DNA of 64,000 nucleotides from Bacteroidales bacterium (GTDB taxonomy: Bacteria; Bacteroidota; Bacteroidia; Bacteroidales; DTGW01): positions 12,608-76,607 of the forward strand of contig JBMFQE010000012.1 in the NCBI GenBank assembly GCA_049968755.1, read 5' to 3'. Below, piece by piece: positions 1 through 11,024 of this stretch. How positions within the stretch are numbered: position 1 is the stretch's first letter; each line of letters begins with the position of its first letter. The position numbers were made by a program, and so were the translations under genes. A model generated the notes under the pieces. The model was not told where the DNA came from and searched no databases. It saw only the letters and a list, made by a program, of their open reading frames with translations.

Positions 1-330
1 AGTCTGCTGAGGAACTTCGCCGGCATCGACCTTACCTTTGGGCAAATCCCAACGTTTGCGGCGGTAGATGAATAAGTATTTGCCGTTCTGATTGTTTACC
101 AGTCCTCCAGCGGCCTCTATAAACGGAAAATGGTTCAAGACCTGCGCCCATGCCTGCCGGGGCTGATCCGTGAGTAATGCCCATCGGATAGGCTCTGCAC
201 TTTTCTGCGCACTTGCTATCCATTCTTCTACTTGGAGAGGGGAAGTAAAAGATCTAATTTCAATATTTTGCTCAGTTGGGTTATTAGCTGTCACAAGCAA
301 AAGGCTGTCGTTAAAAAAAACTTTATACAT
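1..330 (-). CDS. NUDIX hydrolase family protein (partial; C-terminus lies beyond the window edge)
   Basis: Not in the ORF track because it runs off the edge. Manual minus-strand translation from the ATG at 330..328 gives MYKVFFNDSLLLVTANN...FIYRRKRWDLPKGKVDAGE. GKVDAGE fits the G-x5-E start of a Nudix box. Confidence 0.55.
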   Translation of the reverse strand, partial: MYKVFFNDSLLLVTANNPTEQNIEIRSFTSPLQVEEWIASAQKSAEPIRWALLTDQPRQAWAQVLNHFPFIEAAGGLVNNQNGKYLFIYRRKRWDLPKGKVDAGEVPQQT

Positions 331-373
331 TTGTCGGATGATATTTTTGAATTGAACAAATATAATACGAATA

Positions 374-1003
374 ATGGATTATAGCCGAAAAGTTGCAGAA
401 TTTCTCCTCTCGTGCGAAGCGGTAAAGCTTTCGCCCGACAGACCTTTTACCTGGGCATCGGGATGGAAATCGCCTATATATTGTGATAATCGAAAAACGC
501 TTGCATTCCCCGAAATACGATCGTACATTCGTGATGCGCTGAGCGATACGGTAATCCATAACTTTGCTGGAGTTGAGGTCATAGCAGGTGTCGCCACAGG
601 GGCTATTGCCCAGGGAGCACTCGTAGCCGATAGGTTGCAATTACCTTTTTGCTATGTCCGTTCGGCACCTAAAGATCATGGTCTCGAAAATATGGTGGAG
701 GGACACTTAAGGGAAGGTCAAAAGGTAGTTGTGATTGAGGACCTAATCTCCACAGGAGGAAGTAGCCTTAAAGCTGTGGATGCCTTGCGTAAAGCTGGTG
801 CCGATGTTTTGGGAATGGTAGCTATATTTTCGTATCAGTTTGCCGTGGCCGATCAAAGCTTTCAGCGGGCAAATGTTGTGCTGTACACCCTATCAAACTA
901 TAATGCTTTGATTAAAACCGCTATTGACCAACATTACATTCAGCCACACTGGCTCGATATACTGCAACAATGGCGCACCAATCCTGAAAATTGGGGGAAA
1001 TAA
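374..1003 (+). CDS. pyrE: orotate phosphoribosyltransferase
   Basis: 209 aa. Has the PRPP-binding motif VVVIEDLISTGGSS and the N-terminal FTWASGWKSPIYCDNR typical of OPRTases. Confidence 0.9.
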   Translation: MDYSRKVAEFLLSCEAVKLSPDRPFTWASGWKSPIYCDNRKTLAFPEIRSYIRDALSDTVIHNFAGVEVIAGVATGAIAQGALVADRLQLPFCYVRSAPKDHGLENMVEGHLREGQKVVVIEDLISTGGSSLKAVDALRKAGADVLGMVAIFSYQFAVADQSFQRANVVLYTLSNYNALIKTAIDQHYIQPHWLDILQQWRTNPENWGK

Positions 1004-1004
1004 C

Positions 1005-1412
1005 ATGGAATCAAAATTTGAAAGTCGAGTCGGAAAAATAAAACAATCGGCCGATGTAATTTTTCGCTGGTTTAGCGATTTTCGGAATTTTTCAAGCTTT
1101 GTACCAGCCGATAAAATAAAAAACTGGCAGGCAACAGCCGACGAATGCCATTTTACCATCGACATGGTTGGCGACACTGGGCTGAAAATTGTTGAAAAAG
1201 AGGCAGGTAAGCTGATTAAAATTACTGCTATTGGCGACAATCCCTACAACTTTTTTTTCTGGATTCAGCTTAAAGAGGTAGCCCCCTATGACACCCGTAT
1301 CAAGCTAACCCTGAAAATCGACCTCAATCCCATGCTACGCATGATGGCTGCCAAACCCATACAAACCTTTCTGGACGGTATGATTGACCATCTCGAAAAA
1401 ATTTCGTATTAG
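1005..1412 (+). CDS. SRPBCC (START/polyketide-cyclase-like) family protein
   Basis: In-frame ATG at 1005 (MESKFESRVGKIKQSADVIFRWFSDFRNF...) inside track ORF 924..1412. The longer start would overlap pyrE by 80 nt. Size and N-terminal pattern resemble SRPBCC proteins. Confidence 0.6.
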   Translation: MESKFESRVGKIKQSADVIFRWFSDFRNFSSFVPADKIKNWQATADECHFTIDMVGDTGLKIVEKEAGKLIKITAIGDNPYNFFFWIQLKEVAPYDTRIKLTLKIDLNPMLRMMAAKPIQTFLDGMIDHLEKISY

Positions 1413-1419
1413 ATAACCC

Positions 1420-2190
1420 GTGAGCGTTAGACCCAAAAAATATCTGGGACAACATTTTTTAAACGATCCCAACATAGCCCGCAAAATTGCCGGAAGTATT
1501 GTTGGGGAACCTCCCACCATACTTGAGGTAGGACCCGGCACGGGTGCGCTTACACGTCACCTGCTCGAGCGATTCCCTCGGCTTAAAGTTCTCGAAGTTG
1601 ATGCTGAGGCAATTGAGTACCTGAAAAATCAGCATATTTTGCCCCCCGAAAACATCATTGCAGCCGATTTCCTTACCTACGACCTTGCAAGCTTGCTCAA
1701 TGAAGGAGCCTGTATTGTAGGAAATTTTCCCTACAACATTTCCAGCCAGATATTTTTTAAAATTCTCGACAACAAACATCTGGTCGGACAGGTAGTTGGC
1801 ATGGTTCAATACGAAGTGGCTGAGAGACTGGCAGCCAAAGCAGGATCGAAACAGTATGGCATACTTAGCGTGTTACTCAACGCATTTTACCAAATAGAGC
1901 TACTTTTTAAAGTTCCACCATCCGTATTTTACCCTCCCCCAAAAGTCAACAGCGCAATTATACGTCTCACCCGCAACACTCGCCAACAAATACCCTGCAA
2001 CGAGGTAAATTTCAGGTTTGTAGTTAAAACAGCCTTTGGCCAAAGACGAAAAATGCTGCGAAACTCGCTGCGAAGTTTTTTTCCCCAGGAACTACTCATG
2101 CAACCCCTTTTTGAAAAACGCCCCGAACAGGTAACCCTTGACGAATTCATAGAGCTTGCCTGCTGGTACGAATCCCATGGCAAAAATTAA
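1420..2190 (+). CDS. rsmA: 16S rRNA (adenine1518/1519-N6)-dimethyltransferase
   Basis: 256 aa with a GTG start. Has PKKYLGQHFLND, the SAM motif ILEVGPGTGALT and NFPYNISS, the RsmA/KsgA hallmarks. Confidence 0.9.
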   Translation: MSVRPKKYLGQHFLNDPNIARKIAGSIVGEPPTILEVGPGTGALTRHLLERFPRLKVLEVDAEAIEYLKNQHILPPENIIAADFLTYDLASLLNEGACIVGNFPYNISSQIFFKILDNKHLVGQVVGMVQYEVAERLAAKAGSKQYGILSVLLNAFYQIELLFKVPPSVFYPPPKVNSAIIRLTRNTRQQIPCNEVNFRFVVKTAFGQRRKMLRNSLRSFFPQELLMQPLFEKRPEQVTLDEFIELACWYESHGKN

Positions 2191-2486
2191 TGTTCCCTTA
2201 GTAATATTTCGCCCGAAACAATTCAATTCACATCTTTAATTCTTCATGAGGAAGAGTTCGTAACGAGTTTATACATAAAGAGGGTAGAGCTGAATTTAGA
2301 AAATTGCAAGGATTACATACATTTAAATGTTTAAATCATAATGAATAAAAAGAATTTAACATTGGTAAATCTTAAATATCTTAAAAAAAAAACATATAGT
2401 TTTTTTAATGTAAAAAAATCTTTTGTCGTACTTTTATGAAACATTTCACAGGAATCTTTGTTATCTTACATCTAAGTTTACATGTT

Positions 2487-2903
2487 ATGCCAACCATCCT
2501 GGTATTTTTAATTTATGCAGCCGCCGTCATCGGCATAGCAGCATTCATGGTTATCTTTTCGCATTTTTTGGGCGAACGCCACAAGGGTATGCACCGCGAC
2601 GAACCCTTTGAGTCGGGGATGCCGGTTACGGGTCATGCAAGAGTTCGCTATCCATCACATTTCTACATGATTGCAATGTTTTTTGTCATTTTCGACCTCG
2701 ATGCAGCATTTATCATCACCTATGCAGTTGCTTTCAGGGAGGTTGGTTGGATGGGATACATCGGAGTAGCAATATTTATCCTGTTATTGCTGGTTGTAAT
2801 TGTTTACGAAACCCGCACAGGAGCATTAAATTTTGGTCCGCAGGCGAAGAAAATTTTGAAGGCTATGCCCGAAAACATTATCACGCGCAAGAGCCTGGAA
2901 TAA
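2487..2903 (+). CDS. nuoA: NADH-quinone oxidoreductase subunit A
   Basis: Three TM segments and the FESGMP motif; first gene of the nuo cluster. The track ORF starts at 2436, but the ATG at 2487 (MPTILVFLIY...) gives a typical NuoA length. The start is uncertain. Confidence 0.85.
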   Translation: MPTILVFLIYAAAVIGIAAFMVIFSHFLGERHKGMHRDEPFESGMPVTGHARVRYPSHFYMIAMFFVIFDLDAAFIITYAVAFREVGWMGYIGVAIFILLLLVVIVYETRTGALNFGPQAKKILKAMPENIITRKSLE

Positions 2904-2958
2904 TTAGGACAAGCCGTAATTTTTAACGAAGTTTATTGGTGTATAAAAACAAACGCTA

Positions 2959-3612
2959 ATGAAGTTTTCATTTAATCCTCCGGAACGAGTTGGAATGGGC
3001 GATTATCCACGCCTGACGCTCGACCAGGCTGTAAAAAAGTCGGTGCTTTTTGCCAACCTCGATGATCTTATTGGCTGGGGAAGAAAATATTCTATTTTCC
3101 CCTTTGGATTTGGGCTCTCGTGCTGTTTTGTAGAGTTTGCCACATCTTTTACCAGTCGTTTCGATATTGCGCGGTTTGGGGCAGAGGTACTCAGGGGTTC
3201 CCCGCGTGAAGCCGATCTGATGGTTATTGCCGGAACACCTTTTATTAAGATGATCCCCACAATAAAAAGACTTTACGACCAACTGATGGAACCCAAGTGG
3301 GTTATTTCCATGGGATCCTGTGCCAATTCCGGAGGCATGTACGATATCTACAGCGTTGTGCAGGGGATCGACAAGGTGATGCCGGTCGACCTGTACGTAC
3401 CTGGCTGTCCACCTCGTCCCGAAGCCTTCCTGCATGGGCTGCTTTTGCTCAAAGAAGCTATAGGTAAAGAACAGCGCCCCTTAAGCTGGGTAGTGGGGCC
3501 CCAGGAAGTTTATAAACCCGAAAAGCCCTCGCTGCGAGACCTCAACAATCCCCGACGTATGGCAGCCGACAAGCTGACTCCACCGGATATGATTCTCGAC
3601 AAAGATTTTTAG
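2959..3612 (+). CDS. nuoB: NADH-quinone oxidoreductase subunit B
   Basis: Carries the N2 cluster ligand motifs [14 protein letters not shown] and PGCPP. Confidence 0.95.
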   Translation: MKFSFNPPERVGMGDYPRLTLDQAVKKSVLFANLDDLIGWGRKYSIFPFGFGLSCCFVEFATSFTSRFDIARFGAEVLRGSPREADLMVIAGTPFIKMIPTIKRLYDQLMEPKWVISMGSCANSGGMYDIYSVVQGIDKVMPVDLYVPGCPPRPEAFLHGLLLLKEAIGKEQRPLSWVVGPQEVYKPEKPSLRDLNNPRRMAADKLTPPDMILDKDF

Positions 3613-3636
3613 GTTCAACCTCAGGCACACACGGGT

Positions 3637-5382
3637 ATGCAGAACAATTCAATTACATCGCAACTCACCGTACGCTTTGGCGAAGACATAATTTTTCAAC
3701 CAACAGTCGACGGGATTCCCACCTGCTGGGTCGATAAAACCAGACTTGTTGATGTACTTTCGTTTCTCAAAAACGAAGTACGACGTCCTTACCGCATGCT
3801 TTACGACCTTACCGCTATAGATGAGCGTGAGCGGACAAACCGTGCGACCTTGCCAATGCCGAGCGACTTTACCGTAGTTTACCATTTAACCTCTTTTGGC
3901 CGAAATGAGGACATTCGCATAAAAGTGCCGCTACAGGGCGAATACCCATCCATCCCCTCCATTACCCGGCTATGGGCCAATGCCAACTGGTACGAACGCG
4001 AAGTTTACGACATGTTTGGCATACAATTCGAGGGGCATCCATTCCTGCAACGCATTTTGATGCCAAGAAGCTGGCAGGGACATCCTCTACGAAAAGAACA
4101 TCCGGCTCGGGCAACTGAAATGGGGCCTTTTGTCTTTACCGACGAGGATCGCACGGCAGCCGATGAAATGTTACAATTTAAACCCGAGGAATGGGGCATG
4201 ACACGCAGTAGCGACGATGCCGACTTTCTATTTCTCAATCTGGGCCCCGATCATCCTGGAACCCATGGCCTGCTTCGGCTGGTTCTGCAACTCGAAGGCG
4301 AAGAAATAGTCGACGTGGTTCCCGACATAGGCTACCATCACCGAGGGGCTGAAAAAATGGGTGAACGTCAAACCTGGCACAAATTTATCCCTTACACCGA
4401 CCGTATCGACTATACGGCAGGCGTGATAAATAACCTGGCATACCTGCTTACTGTTGAAAAATTGGCGGGCATTGAGGTTCCTCCACGTGCACAGGTTATC
4501 CGGGTTATGCTTACCGAGCTATTTCGTATAGCCAGCCATCTGGTATGGTACGGAACCTTTGCCCAGGACATTGGACAAATTTCGCCCGTATTTTACACCT
4601 TCAACGACAGGGAACGGGTATTTGATATTATTTCGGCCATTACCGGTGGACGCATGCATGCCAATTGGTTCCGCATAGGCGGGGTGGCCCAGGACTTGCC
4701 ACTGGGATGGCAACAGATGGTGGCCGATTTCTTAAAACATTTTCCTAAAAGCCTGCGCGAGTGGGACAAGGTGGTCATGCGCAACCGCATTATCAAGGCA
4801 CGTACAGTAGGCATTGGCGTATTTAATACCGACGAGGCCATCGAATGGGGGGCTACGGGTCCCGCCCTTAGGGCAACAGGATTTGAGTGGGATCTGCGTA
4901 AAAAACGGCCCTACAGCGGATACGACCAGTTCGATTTTGATATCCCCACCGGCAAAAATGGCGACTGTTACGACCGTGCACGGGTACGCGTGGAAGAGAT
5001 GTGGCAAAGCCTGCGCATCATTGAACAATGCATGCGTCGCATGCCCGAAGGCCCTTACAAAAGCCAGCACCCACTGGCCACTCCACCGCTCAAAGAACGC
5101 ACCATGTACGACATCGAAACCCTAATCAACCATTTCCTGGGTGTAAGCTGGGGACCCGTTATCCCCGAAGGCGAAGCCATGATTCAGATTGAAGCGGCTA
5201 AAGGAAGTAATGCCTACTATTTAATTAGCGACAACAACACCTCGGCCTATCGCTGTAGAATCCGAACCCCGAGCTTTGCACACATCCAGATGGTACCCTA
5301 CATAAGCAGGGGTTACACCATTGCCGATTTGCTGGCTATACTTGGTGCCGTAGACTTTGTGCTAGCTGACCTTGACCGATAA
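3637..5382 (+). CDS. nuoCD: NADH-quinone oxidoreductase fused subunit C/D
   Basis: 581 aa in a single ORF. The N-terminal 30-kDa-subunit-like part ([13 protein letters not shown]) continues into a 49-kDa-subunit part ([13 protein letters not shown]...ADLDR C-terminus). Confidence 0.93.
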   Translation: MQNNSITSQLTVRFGEDIIFQPTVDGIPTCWVDKTRLVDVLSFLKNEVRRPYRMLYDLTAIDERERTNRATLPMPSDFTVVYHLTSFGRNEDIRIKVPLQGEYPSIPSITRLWANANWYEREVYDMFGIQFEGHPFLQRILMPRSWQGHPLRKEHPARATEMGPFVFTDEDRTAADEMLQFKPEEWGMTRSSDDADFLFLNLGPDHPGTHGLLRLVLQLEGEEIVDVVPDIGYHHRGAEKMGERQTWHKFIPYTDRIDYTAGVINNLAYLLTVEKLAGIEVPPRAQVIRVMLTELFRIASHLVWYGTFAQDIGQISPVFYTFNDRERVFDIISAITGGRMHANWFRIGGVAQDLPLGWQQMVADFLKHFPKSLREWDKVVMRNRIIKARTVGIGVFNTDEAIEWGATGPALRATGFEWDLRKKRPYSGYDQFDFDIPTGKNGDCYDRARVRVEEMWQSLRIIEQCMRRMPEGPYKSQHPLATPPLKERTMYDIETLINHFLGVSWGPVIPEGEAMIQIEAAKGSNAYYLISDNNTSAYRCRIRTPSFAHIQMVPYISRGYTIADLLAILGAVDFVLADLDR

Positions 5383-5412
5383 TAGTTGAAAAATAAAAAA
5401 TGTACTTAAAAT

Positions 5413-5877
5413 ATGCTAACAGAGCACGAAATAAAGGAAATTGAAAAAGAAATAGCCCTCTACCCCGTAAAAAGTGCTGCCTGCATCGAAGCCCTGAAAA
5501 TTGTTCAGCAGCACCGGGGTTGGGTACCCGATGAGCAAATCAAAGACATTGCCCAGATGCTCGATATGTCGTACGAGGAAGTCGACGGAGTTGCTACCTT
5601 TTACAACATGATTTTCCGCAAACCCGTGGGACGAAATGTAATACTTGTATGCAACTCGGTTACCTGTTACATGATGGGGTACGAAAATATTTACCAAACC
5701 CTTTCTAAAAAACTGGGGATTACATGGGGAGAAACGACGCCCGACGGACGATTTACCCTGCTACCAAACCCGTGTCTGGGCGATTGCGATCATGCCCCGG
5801 CCATGATGGTTAACCACGATCATTACAACCGGTTGACCCCCGAAAAACTGGACGAAATACTTGAAAAGTACAAATAA
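5413..5877 (+). CDS. nuoE: NADH-quinone oxidoreductase subunit E
   Basis: 154 aa with a thioredoxin-like 2Fe-2S Cys pattern (VCNSVTC...CLGDCDHAP). Confidence 0.92.
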   Translation: MLTEHEIKEIEKEIALYPVKSAACIEALKIVQQHRGWVPDEQIKDIAQMLDMSYEEVDGVATFYNMIFRKPVGRNVILVCNSVTCYMMGYENIYQTLSKKLGITWGETTPDGRFTLLPNPCLGDCDHAPAMMVNHDHYNRLTPEKLDEILEKYK

Positions 5878-5888
5878 AGCGTTTAGGG

Positions 5889-7166
5889 ATGGAAAAGCCA
5901 TTGACACAAAATATCAAATCCGACGGAAGCTATTGTACCCTTGACGAGTATCGTCGAAACGGCGGCTACGAGGCTGCACGAAAGGCTGTGCTCGAGATGG
6001 AATCGCAGCAAATCACCCAGACAGTAAAGGATGCCAACCTGTTGGGACGAGGTGGAGCTGGGTTTAACACAGGCATGAAATGGTCGTTTGTCAACATCTC
6101 CGACCCCAACGAACAGCGATATGTAATTGCCAATGGCGATGAAATGGAGCCTGGCACTTTTAAGGATCGTTTGCTACTCGAAGGAGACCCGCATCAGCTC
6201 ATAGAAGGGATGATAATAGCTGCAAAGGCTCTGAAGGCAACCAAAGGATTTATATTCGTTCGCTGGGCATACAAAAAAGCCCATGGCATTATTCAGCAGG
6301 CGCTCGACGAAGCTTACCGGGCAGGTTTTCTGGGAAAAAACATTTTTGGATCCAACTTTAGCTTTGACTTGCATTTACACACCAGCGTGGGACGTTACAT
6401 TTGCGGCGAGGAAACGGCTCTCATCAACTCGCTCGAAGGAAAAAGGGCAAATCCCCGCGCCAAGCCCCCCTTCCCACAAATTAGCGGCTTATTCGGCAAA
6501 CCCACCATTGTCAACAACGTGGAAACCTATTGCAACATACCCCATATCATCAAAAATGGACCAGCCTGGTACAAAACGCTGAGCCGCAGTAGCGAAGGCG
6601 GAACCAAATTATACGGGGTAAGCGGAAGGGTGAAAAATCCAGGGCTATGGGAACTACCGCTGGGGGTCACCATCCGCGAACTGCTTTTCGACTACGCAGG
6701 GGGTATGCAGGACGGATACCAGTTTCGTGGACTATTACCCGGAGGCGCATCCACCGATTTCCTGGTTGAAGAACATCTCGATACCCCGATGGATTTTGCA
6801 TCGGTAGCCAAAGCAGGCAGCCGGTTAGGCACCGGTACCATGATTGTACTCGACGACCAAACCTGTCCTGTAGCTTTTGTACACAACCTGATGAGGTTTT
6901 TTGCCAATGAATCGTGCGGCTGGTGCACCCCCTGCCGTGAAGGATTGCCCTGGGTCGAAAAAATTCTCGAAAAAATTGAACGCGGCGAAGGTACCGAAAA
7001 AGACATAGAAATTTTACGATTCCACACCAAATACCTTGCCCCCGGCAATACCTTCTGTGCACTGGCACCTGGTGCTATGGAACCTTTGCAAAGTGCCCTA
7101 AAATATTTTATCGAGGATTTTTACCGGCATATCCATGAGAAAAAATGCCCGTGGAAAAAAGACTAA
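5889..7166 (+). CDS. nuoF: NADH-quinone oxidoreductase subunit F
   Basis: 425 aa. Has the FMN/NADH site GRGGAGFNTGMKW and the N3 cluster motif ESCGWCTPCREG. Confidence 0.95.
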   Translation: MEKPLTQNIKSDGSYCTLDEYRRNGGYEAARKAVLEMESQQITQTVKDANLLGRGGAGFNTGMKWSFVNISDPNEQRYVIANGDEMEPGTFKDRLLLEGDPHQLIEGMIIAAKALKATKGFIFVRWAYKKAHGIIQQALDEAYRAGFLGKNIFGSNFSFDLHLHTSVGRYICGEETALINSLEGKRANPRAKPPFPQISGLFGKPTIVNNVETYCNIPHIIKNGPAWYKTLSRSSEGGTKLYGVSGRVKNPGLWELPLGVTIRELLFDYAGGMQDGYQFRGLLPGGASTDFLVEEHLDTPMDFASVAKAGSRLGTGTMIVLDDQTCPVAFVHNLMRFFANESCGWCTPCREGLPWVEKILEKIERGEGTEKDIEILRFHTKYLAPGNTFCALAPGAMEPLQSALKYFIEDFYRHIHEKKCPWKKD

Positions 7167-7200
7167 CTAGAGGCGCAGACGAATTATAACTGGACAAACC

Positions 7201-9483
7201 ATGATTACTATTTACATCGACGGCAAAAGCTACCAAGTAGAAGAAGGCGACAACCTGCTTCGAACCTGTATAAAGCTCGGCATAGACGTTCCCTATTTTT
7301 GCTACCATCCGGCACTAGGGTCGGTAGGAGCATGCAGACTCTGCGCAGTAAAACGTTACCGCGACGCTAACGATAAAGTCGGCCGTATGGTAATGAGCTG
7401 CATGGAACCCGTAACTGATGGTATGATAGTATCGGTAAACGATGAAGAGGTGAAAAATTTCCGCGCAGCCGTTATCGAAAGTCTCATGACCAACCATCCA
7501 CACGACTGCCCCATTTGCGATGAGGGCGGCGAATGTCACTTGCAGGATATGGTGGTAAAATCGGGACACACCTACCGCCGGTTTGAGTTTAAAAAACGTA
7601 CCTTCAAAAATCAATACCTCGGCCCCTATATTCATCATGAAATGAATCGTTGCATCCAGTGCTACCGCTGCGTGCGATTCTACACCGACTATGCCGGAGG
7701 AAAAGATTTTAGCGTGACGGGAGTTCACAATAAGCTGTACTTCGGACGATTCGAAGAGGGTCCTTTCGAAAGTATTTTCAGTGGCAATCTGGTAGAGGTT
7801 TGCCCTACTGGCGTATTTACCGACAAAACACTTCGTGCGCATTATACCCGTAAGTGGGACCTTACGAATGCGCCGAGTATCTGCAACCACTGCGCTGTCG
7901 GCTGCAACCTTATTTTGAGCGAACGCTACGGACAGGTGCGACGGGTAATCAATCGATACAACGATGAGGTAAACGGCTTTTTCATTTGCGACAAAGGACG
8001 TTTCGACTACGAATACATCAACAACACCAACACGCGCACTTTGCAAAGCACCATCAACAAAAGGCCTGCCAGCAAAACGGAGATTTTAGCTACGATCCGT
8101 AACCTGCAATCCAAGGGTCGTACAGTGGCTATTGGTTCGTCGGTGTCTTCGGTCGAAGCCAACTACCTTTTGCGTCAGCTGGTGGGGAGAGAAAATTTTT
8201 ATGCCGACATACCCGCTGATACGTGGGAAGTGCTTTCTACCATCCGCCAAATATACGATAGAGGCGAGGTACGGACACTTAGTGTGAAAGAGGTTGAACA
8301 GGCCGAAGGCTTGCTGGTGCTTGGGGAAGATGTGTACCGCACTGCCCCACGGCTGGCCCTGGCTATTCGCCAGAGCACGCGCAACTTGCCCTTACGAAAA
8401 GCCCAGAAAATAAACATCCCCGCCTGGCATGCCAATGCTGCTAAAACTTTCATCGGCCCCGAAAAGGGACCCTTGTTTGTAGCATACCCCGAACCTACCT
8501 GGCTCGATGAAATGTCGCTGCAATCATTCCAAAAAAATACTGAGGAAATAATACAACTGGCTGAAACGCTGGTGTCGCTGCTGGAAGGCAAAAATTTACC
8601 CGCAAATGCAATTACCGATGAGGCACAGCAGATACTTAATTCATGGGTCAATTGCAATTCGGTTGCCCTTGTTTGTGGCACTACACTGAAAAACAAAAAA
8701 CTAATCGAACTGTCGGCCAGGATAGCTATATTACTGAAGCAAAGAAATATCAGAAGTGGAATATATTGCATAGTGCCCAAAGCCAACAGCCTAGGACTCT
8801 CCATACTGGCTGAGCAATCCATGGACAAGCTGCTTAATAGTGCTGCAGCCGAACATGTTATCATTCTCGAACCTGATTTTGAGCCAGCAGAAAGCATAAA
8901 ATCGTGGCTTAGGGGATGTAAAAATATTACCGTAATTCAGCACAGCCTTAATGCTTTCACCGATATGGCCAGCATGGTAATTGCCTCGGCCACAATAGCC
9001 GAATCGGAAGGCACGTTGGTCAATGCCGAAGGACGCATGCAACGTTATTTCAGCGTGATGCCACCCCAGGAACAGATAGCTGCTGCCTGGAAATGGATAG
9101 CTGAAGCACAGCAAGACATTAGCTTTGATGAGTTGCTGGTAAAGATAGCCAATGACATTCCCCATTTCAAGCAAATTACCGAAGTTGCACCAGGAGCTGG
9201 CTACAGAATCAACGGCATGAAAATACCCCGCCAGACACCGCGTTTTAGCGGACGTACCTCCATGCTGGCTCATGTCAACGTGCACGAACCCAAACCAGCC
9301 GAGGATAAAAATTCGCCCCTCGCTTACTCAATGGAAGGAACCCGACTAAACACTCACGGGGCACTGACAAGTTTTTACCTTATGCCAGGCTGGCATTCGG
9401 TTCAGGCTACCAACAAAATTTTGCGAGAACTCGATCAGGTGGTCAATGCCCGTAGCACGGGAATAAGGATATGGAATAGCTAA
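7201..9483 (+). CDS. nuoG: NADH-quinone oxidoreductase subunit G
   Basis: 760 aa. Has an N-terminal 2Fe-2S motif (CYHPALGSVGACRLC), HPHDCPICDEGGECHLQD, CIQCYRCVRF, and CNHCAVGC (an N7-like C-x2-C-x3-C). Confidence 0.93.
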   Translation: MITIYIDGKSYQVEEGDNLLRTCIKLGIDVPYFCYHPALGSVGACRLCAVKRYRDANDKVGRMVMSCMEPVTDGMIVSVNDEEVKNFRAAVIESLMTNHPHDCPICDEGGECHLQDMVVKSGHTYRRFEFKKRTFKNQYLGPYIHHEMNRCIQCYRCVRFYTDYAGGKDFSVTGVHNKLYFGRFEEGPFESIFSGNLVEVCPTGVFTDKTLRAHYTRKWDLTNAPSICNHCAVGCNLILSERYGQVRRVINRYNDEVNGFFICDKGRFDYEYINNTNTRTLQSTINKRPASKTEILATIRNLQSKGRTVAIGSSVSSVEANYLLRQLVGRENFYADIPADTWEVLSTIRQIYDRGEVRTLSVKEVEQAEGLLVLGEDVYRTAPRLALAIRQSTRNLPLRKAQKINIPAWHANAAKTFIGPEKGPLFVAYPEPTWLDEMSLQSFQKNTEEIIQLAETLVSLLEGKNLPANAITDEAQQILNSWVNCNSVALVCGTTLKNKKLIELSARIAILLKQRNIRSGIYCIVPKANSLGLSILAEQSMDKLLNSAAAEHVIILEPDFEPAESIKSWLRGCKNITVIQHSLNAFTDMASMVIASATIAESEGTLVNAEGRMQRYFSVMPPQEQIAAAWKWIAEAQQDISFDELLVKIANDIPHFKQITEVAPGAGYRINGMKIPRQTPRFSGRTSMLAHVNVHEPKPAEDKNSPLAYSMEGTRLNTHGALTSFYLMPGWHSVQATNKILRELDQVVNARSTGIRIWNS

Positions 9484-9495
9484 AAACAATAATTT

Positions 9496-10443
9496 ATGGC
9501 GATAGGATTTATAATAGCAATTGTACTGTTGATGGTAATTACCATTGCAGCTGCCAACATTTACATCGAACGACGCTTGCTTTCGTTGTGGCAGGATCGT
9601 CGTGGCCCCAATCGAGCTGGTCCGTGGGGGCTACTGCAGGTACCCGCCGACATGATTAAGATATTCCTGAAGGAAGACTGGATCCCCCCTTTTGCCGACC
9701 GTACAGTTTTTGTCATTGCACCAACCATTGTCATGATAGTTACCCTGCTAAGTTTTGCAGTAATACCCTTTGCACCTGGCTTTATGGTGGCCGATTCAAA
9801 TATTGCTCTTTTGTTTTTTCTGGCCAACTCGTCGCTGGGTGTTTATAGCGTAGTGCTGGCCGGCTGGGCATCGAACAACAAATATTCTCTTATCGGGGCA
9901 ATGCGTGGAGCCGCCCAGATGGTATCGTACGAGGTGTTTATGGGCTTATCGCTGATGGGCGTAGTTATGCTGGCTGGAGGCACCTTTAGCATGCGCGAAA
10001 TCATTGAATCGCAGAAGGGTATGTGGAACGTGATCCCCCAGCTACCAGGATTTATCATCTTTCTCATTGCAGCTGTTGCCGAATCGCACCGTGCCCCATT
10101 CGACTTACCCGAGGCCGAAGGAGAACTGGTGGCCGGTTTCCATACCGAATATTCGGGAATTAAATTTGGTATGTTCTTCGTAGGCGAATACATTAGCATC
10201 ACTCTTATTTCGGCAACCATCGTTACGTTATACTTTGGCGGCTGGTTGGGTCCTGCTTTCCTGCCACCCTTCTTCTGGTTTATGTTCAAAACATTTATTT
10301 TCATAGCTTTCATTATTCTGCTGCGAGCCAGTTTGCCCCGTCCCCGCTACGACCAGTTTATGGCTGTGGGATGGAAAATTTTGCTGCCTATTTCGCTAAT
10401 AAATATTCTGGTTACCGCTGCTATACTTTTGTACAAAGGTTGA
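9496..10443 (+). CDS. nuoH: NADH-quinone oxidoreductase subunit H
   Basis: 315 aa polytopic membrane protein with [14 protein letters not shown] and [20 protein letters not shown], the ND1/NuoH signatures. Confidence 0.95.
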   Translation: MAIGFIIAIVLLMVITIAAANIYIERRLLSLWQDRRGPNRAGPWGLLQVPADMIKIFLKEDWIPPFADRTVFVIAPTIVMIVTLLSFAVIPFAPGFMVADSNIALLFFLANSSLGVYSVVLAGWASNNKYSLIGAMRGAAQMVSYEVFMGLSLMGVVMLAGGTFSMREIIESQKGMWNVIPQLPGFIIFLIAAVAESHRAPFDLPEAEGELVAGFHTEYSGIKFGMFFVGEYISITLISATIVTLYFGGWLGPAFLPPFFWFMFKTFIFIAFIILLRASLPRPRYDQFMAVGWKILLPISLINILVTAAILLYKG

Positions 10444-10461
10444 GAACTTAAAAGAACTAAC

Positions 10462-10977
10462 ATGTGGAGCATCATTAGAAGCATAGCCATAACCTTCACC
10501 CATGCCTTTCGCAAAAGGGAGACCAAGGATTATCCAGAAAAGGCACCTTTTCTACCTGCCCGATACAGGGGTCGAATCATACTGACCCGCGACCCTGATG
10601 GAAAGGAACGATGCGTCGCCTGCAACCTATGCGCAGTTGCCTGTCCTACCGATTGTATCTCATTGCAGGCTACCGAAGATGAAACCGGACGTCGTTATCC
10701 CGCTTTCTTCCGCATCAACTTCTCGCGATGCATATACTGCGGATATTGCGAGGAGGCCTGTCCCACCAATGCTATCCAGCTAACTCCCGATTTTGAGATG
10801 GCCGAATACCACCGCCCCAATCTGGTATATGAGAAAGAACACCTGCTTATCAAAGGACCCGGTAAATATCACGATTATAATTTCTACACCCAGGCCGGTA
10901 TCGAAATTGGCGGAAAAAAGAAAGGAGAAGGGCCTAACGAAGAACCCCCAACCGATGTACACGACTTGATTTATTAA
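10462..10977 (+). CDS. nuoI: NADH-quinone oxidoreductase subunit I
   Basis: Two 4Fe-4S ferredoxin motifs, [12 protein letters not shown] and [12 protein letters not shown]. Confidence 0.95.
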   Translation: MWSIIRSIAITFTHAFRKRETKDYPEKAPFLPARYRGRIILTRDPDGKERCVACNLCAVACPTDCISLQATEDETGRRYPAFFRINFSRCIYCGYCEEACPTNAIQLTPDFEMAEYHRPNLVYEKEHLLIKGPGKYHDYNFYTQAGIEIGGKKKGEGPNEEPPTDVHDLIY

Positions 10978-11024
10978 AAATCATATAATTGTGTGATAAT
11001 ACAAAATATCTATAAATAGAGTGA

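Noticed and set aside
924-1004. Longer N-terminal extension of the SRPBCC ORF (track start at 924)
   Set aside because: It would overlap pyrE by 80 nt. An in-frame ATG at 1005, 2 nt after the pyrE stop, gives a normal-length protein.
2191-2435. Clear TAnnTTTG promoter for the nuo operon
   Set aside because: Only near-matches are present (e.g. TACTTTTA, AATCTTTG). I could not support a specific promoter call in this AT-rich leader.
7315-8897. Two long minus-strand ORFs (243 aa at 7315..8046 and 232 aa at 8199..8897) antisense to nuoG
   Set aside because: They lie entirely within a gene whose translation carries unmistakable NuoG Fe-S motifs. Their own translations are low-complexity (S/A/V-rich) with no recognisable motifs. 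Such ORFs are typical frame-shadow artefacts.
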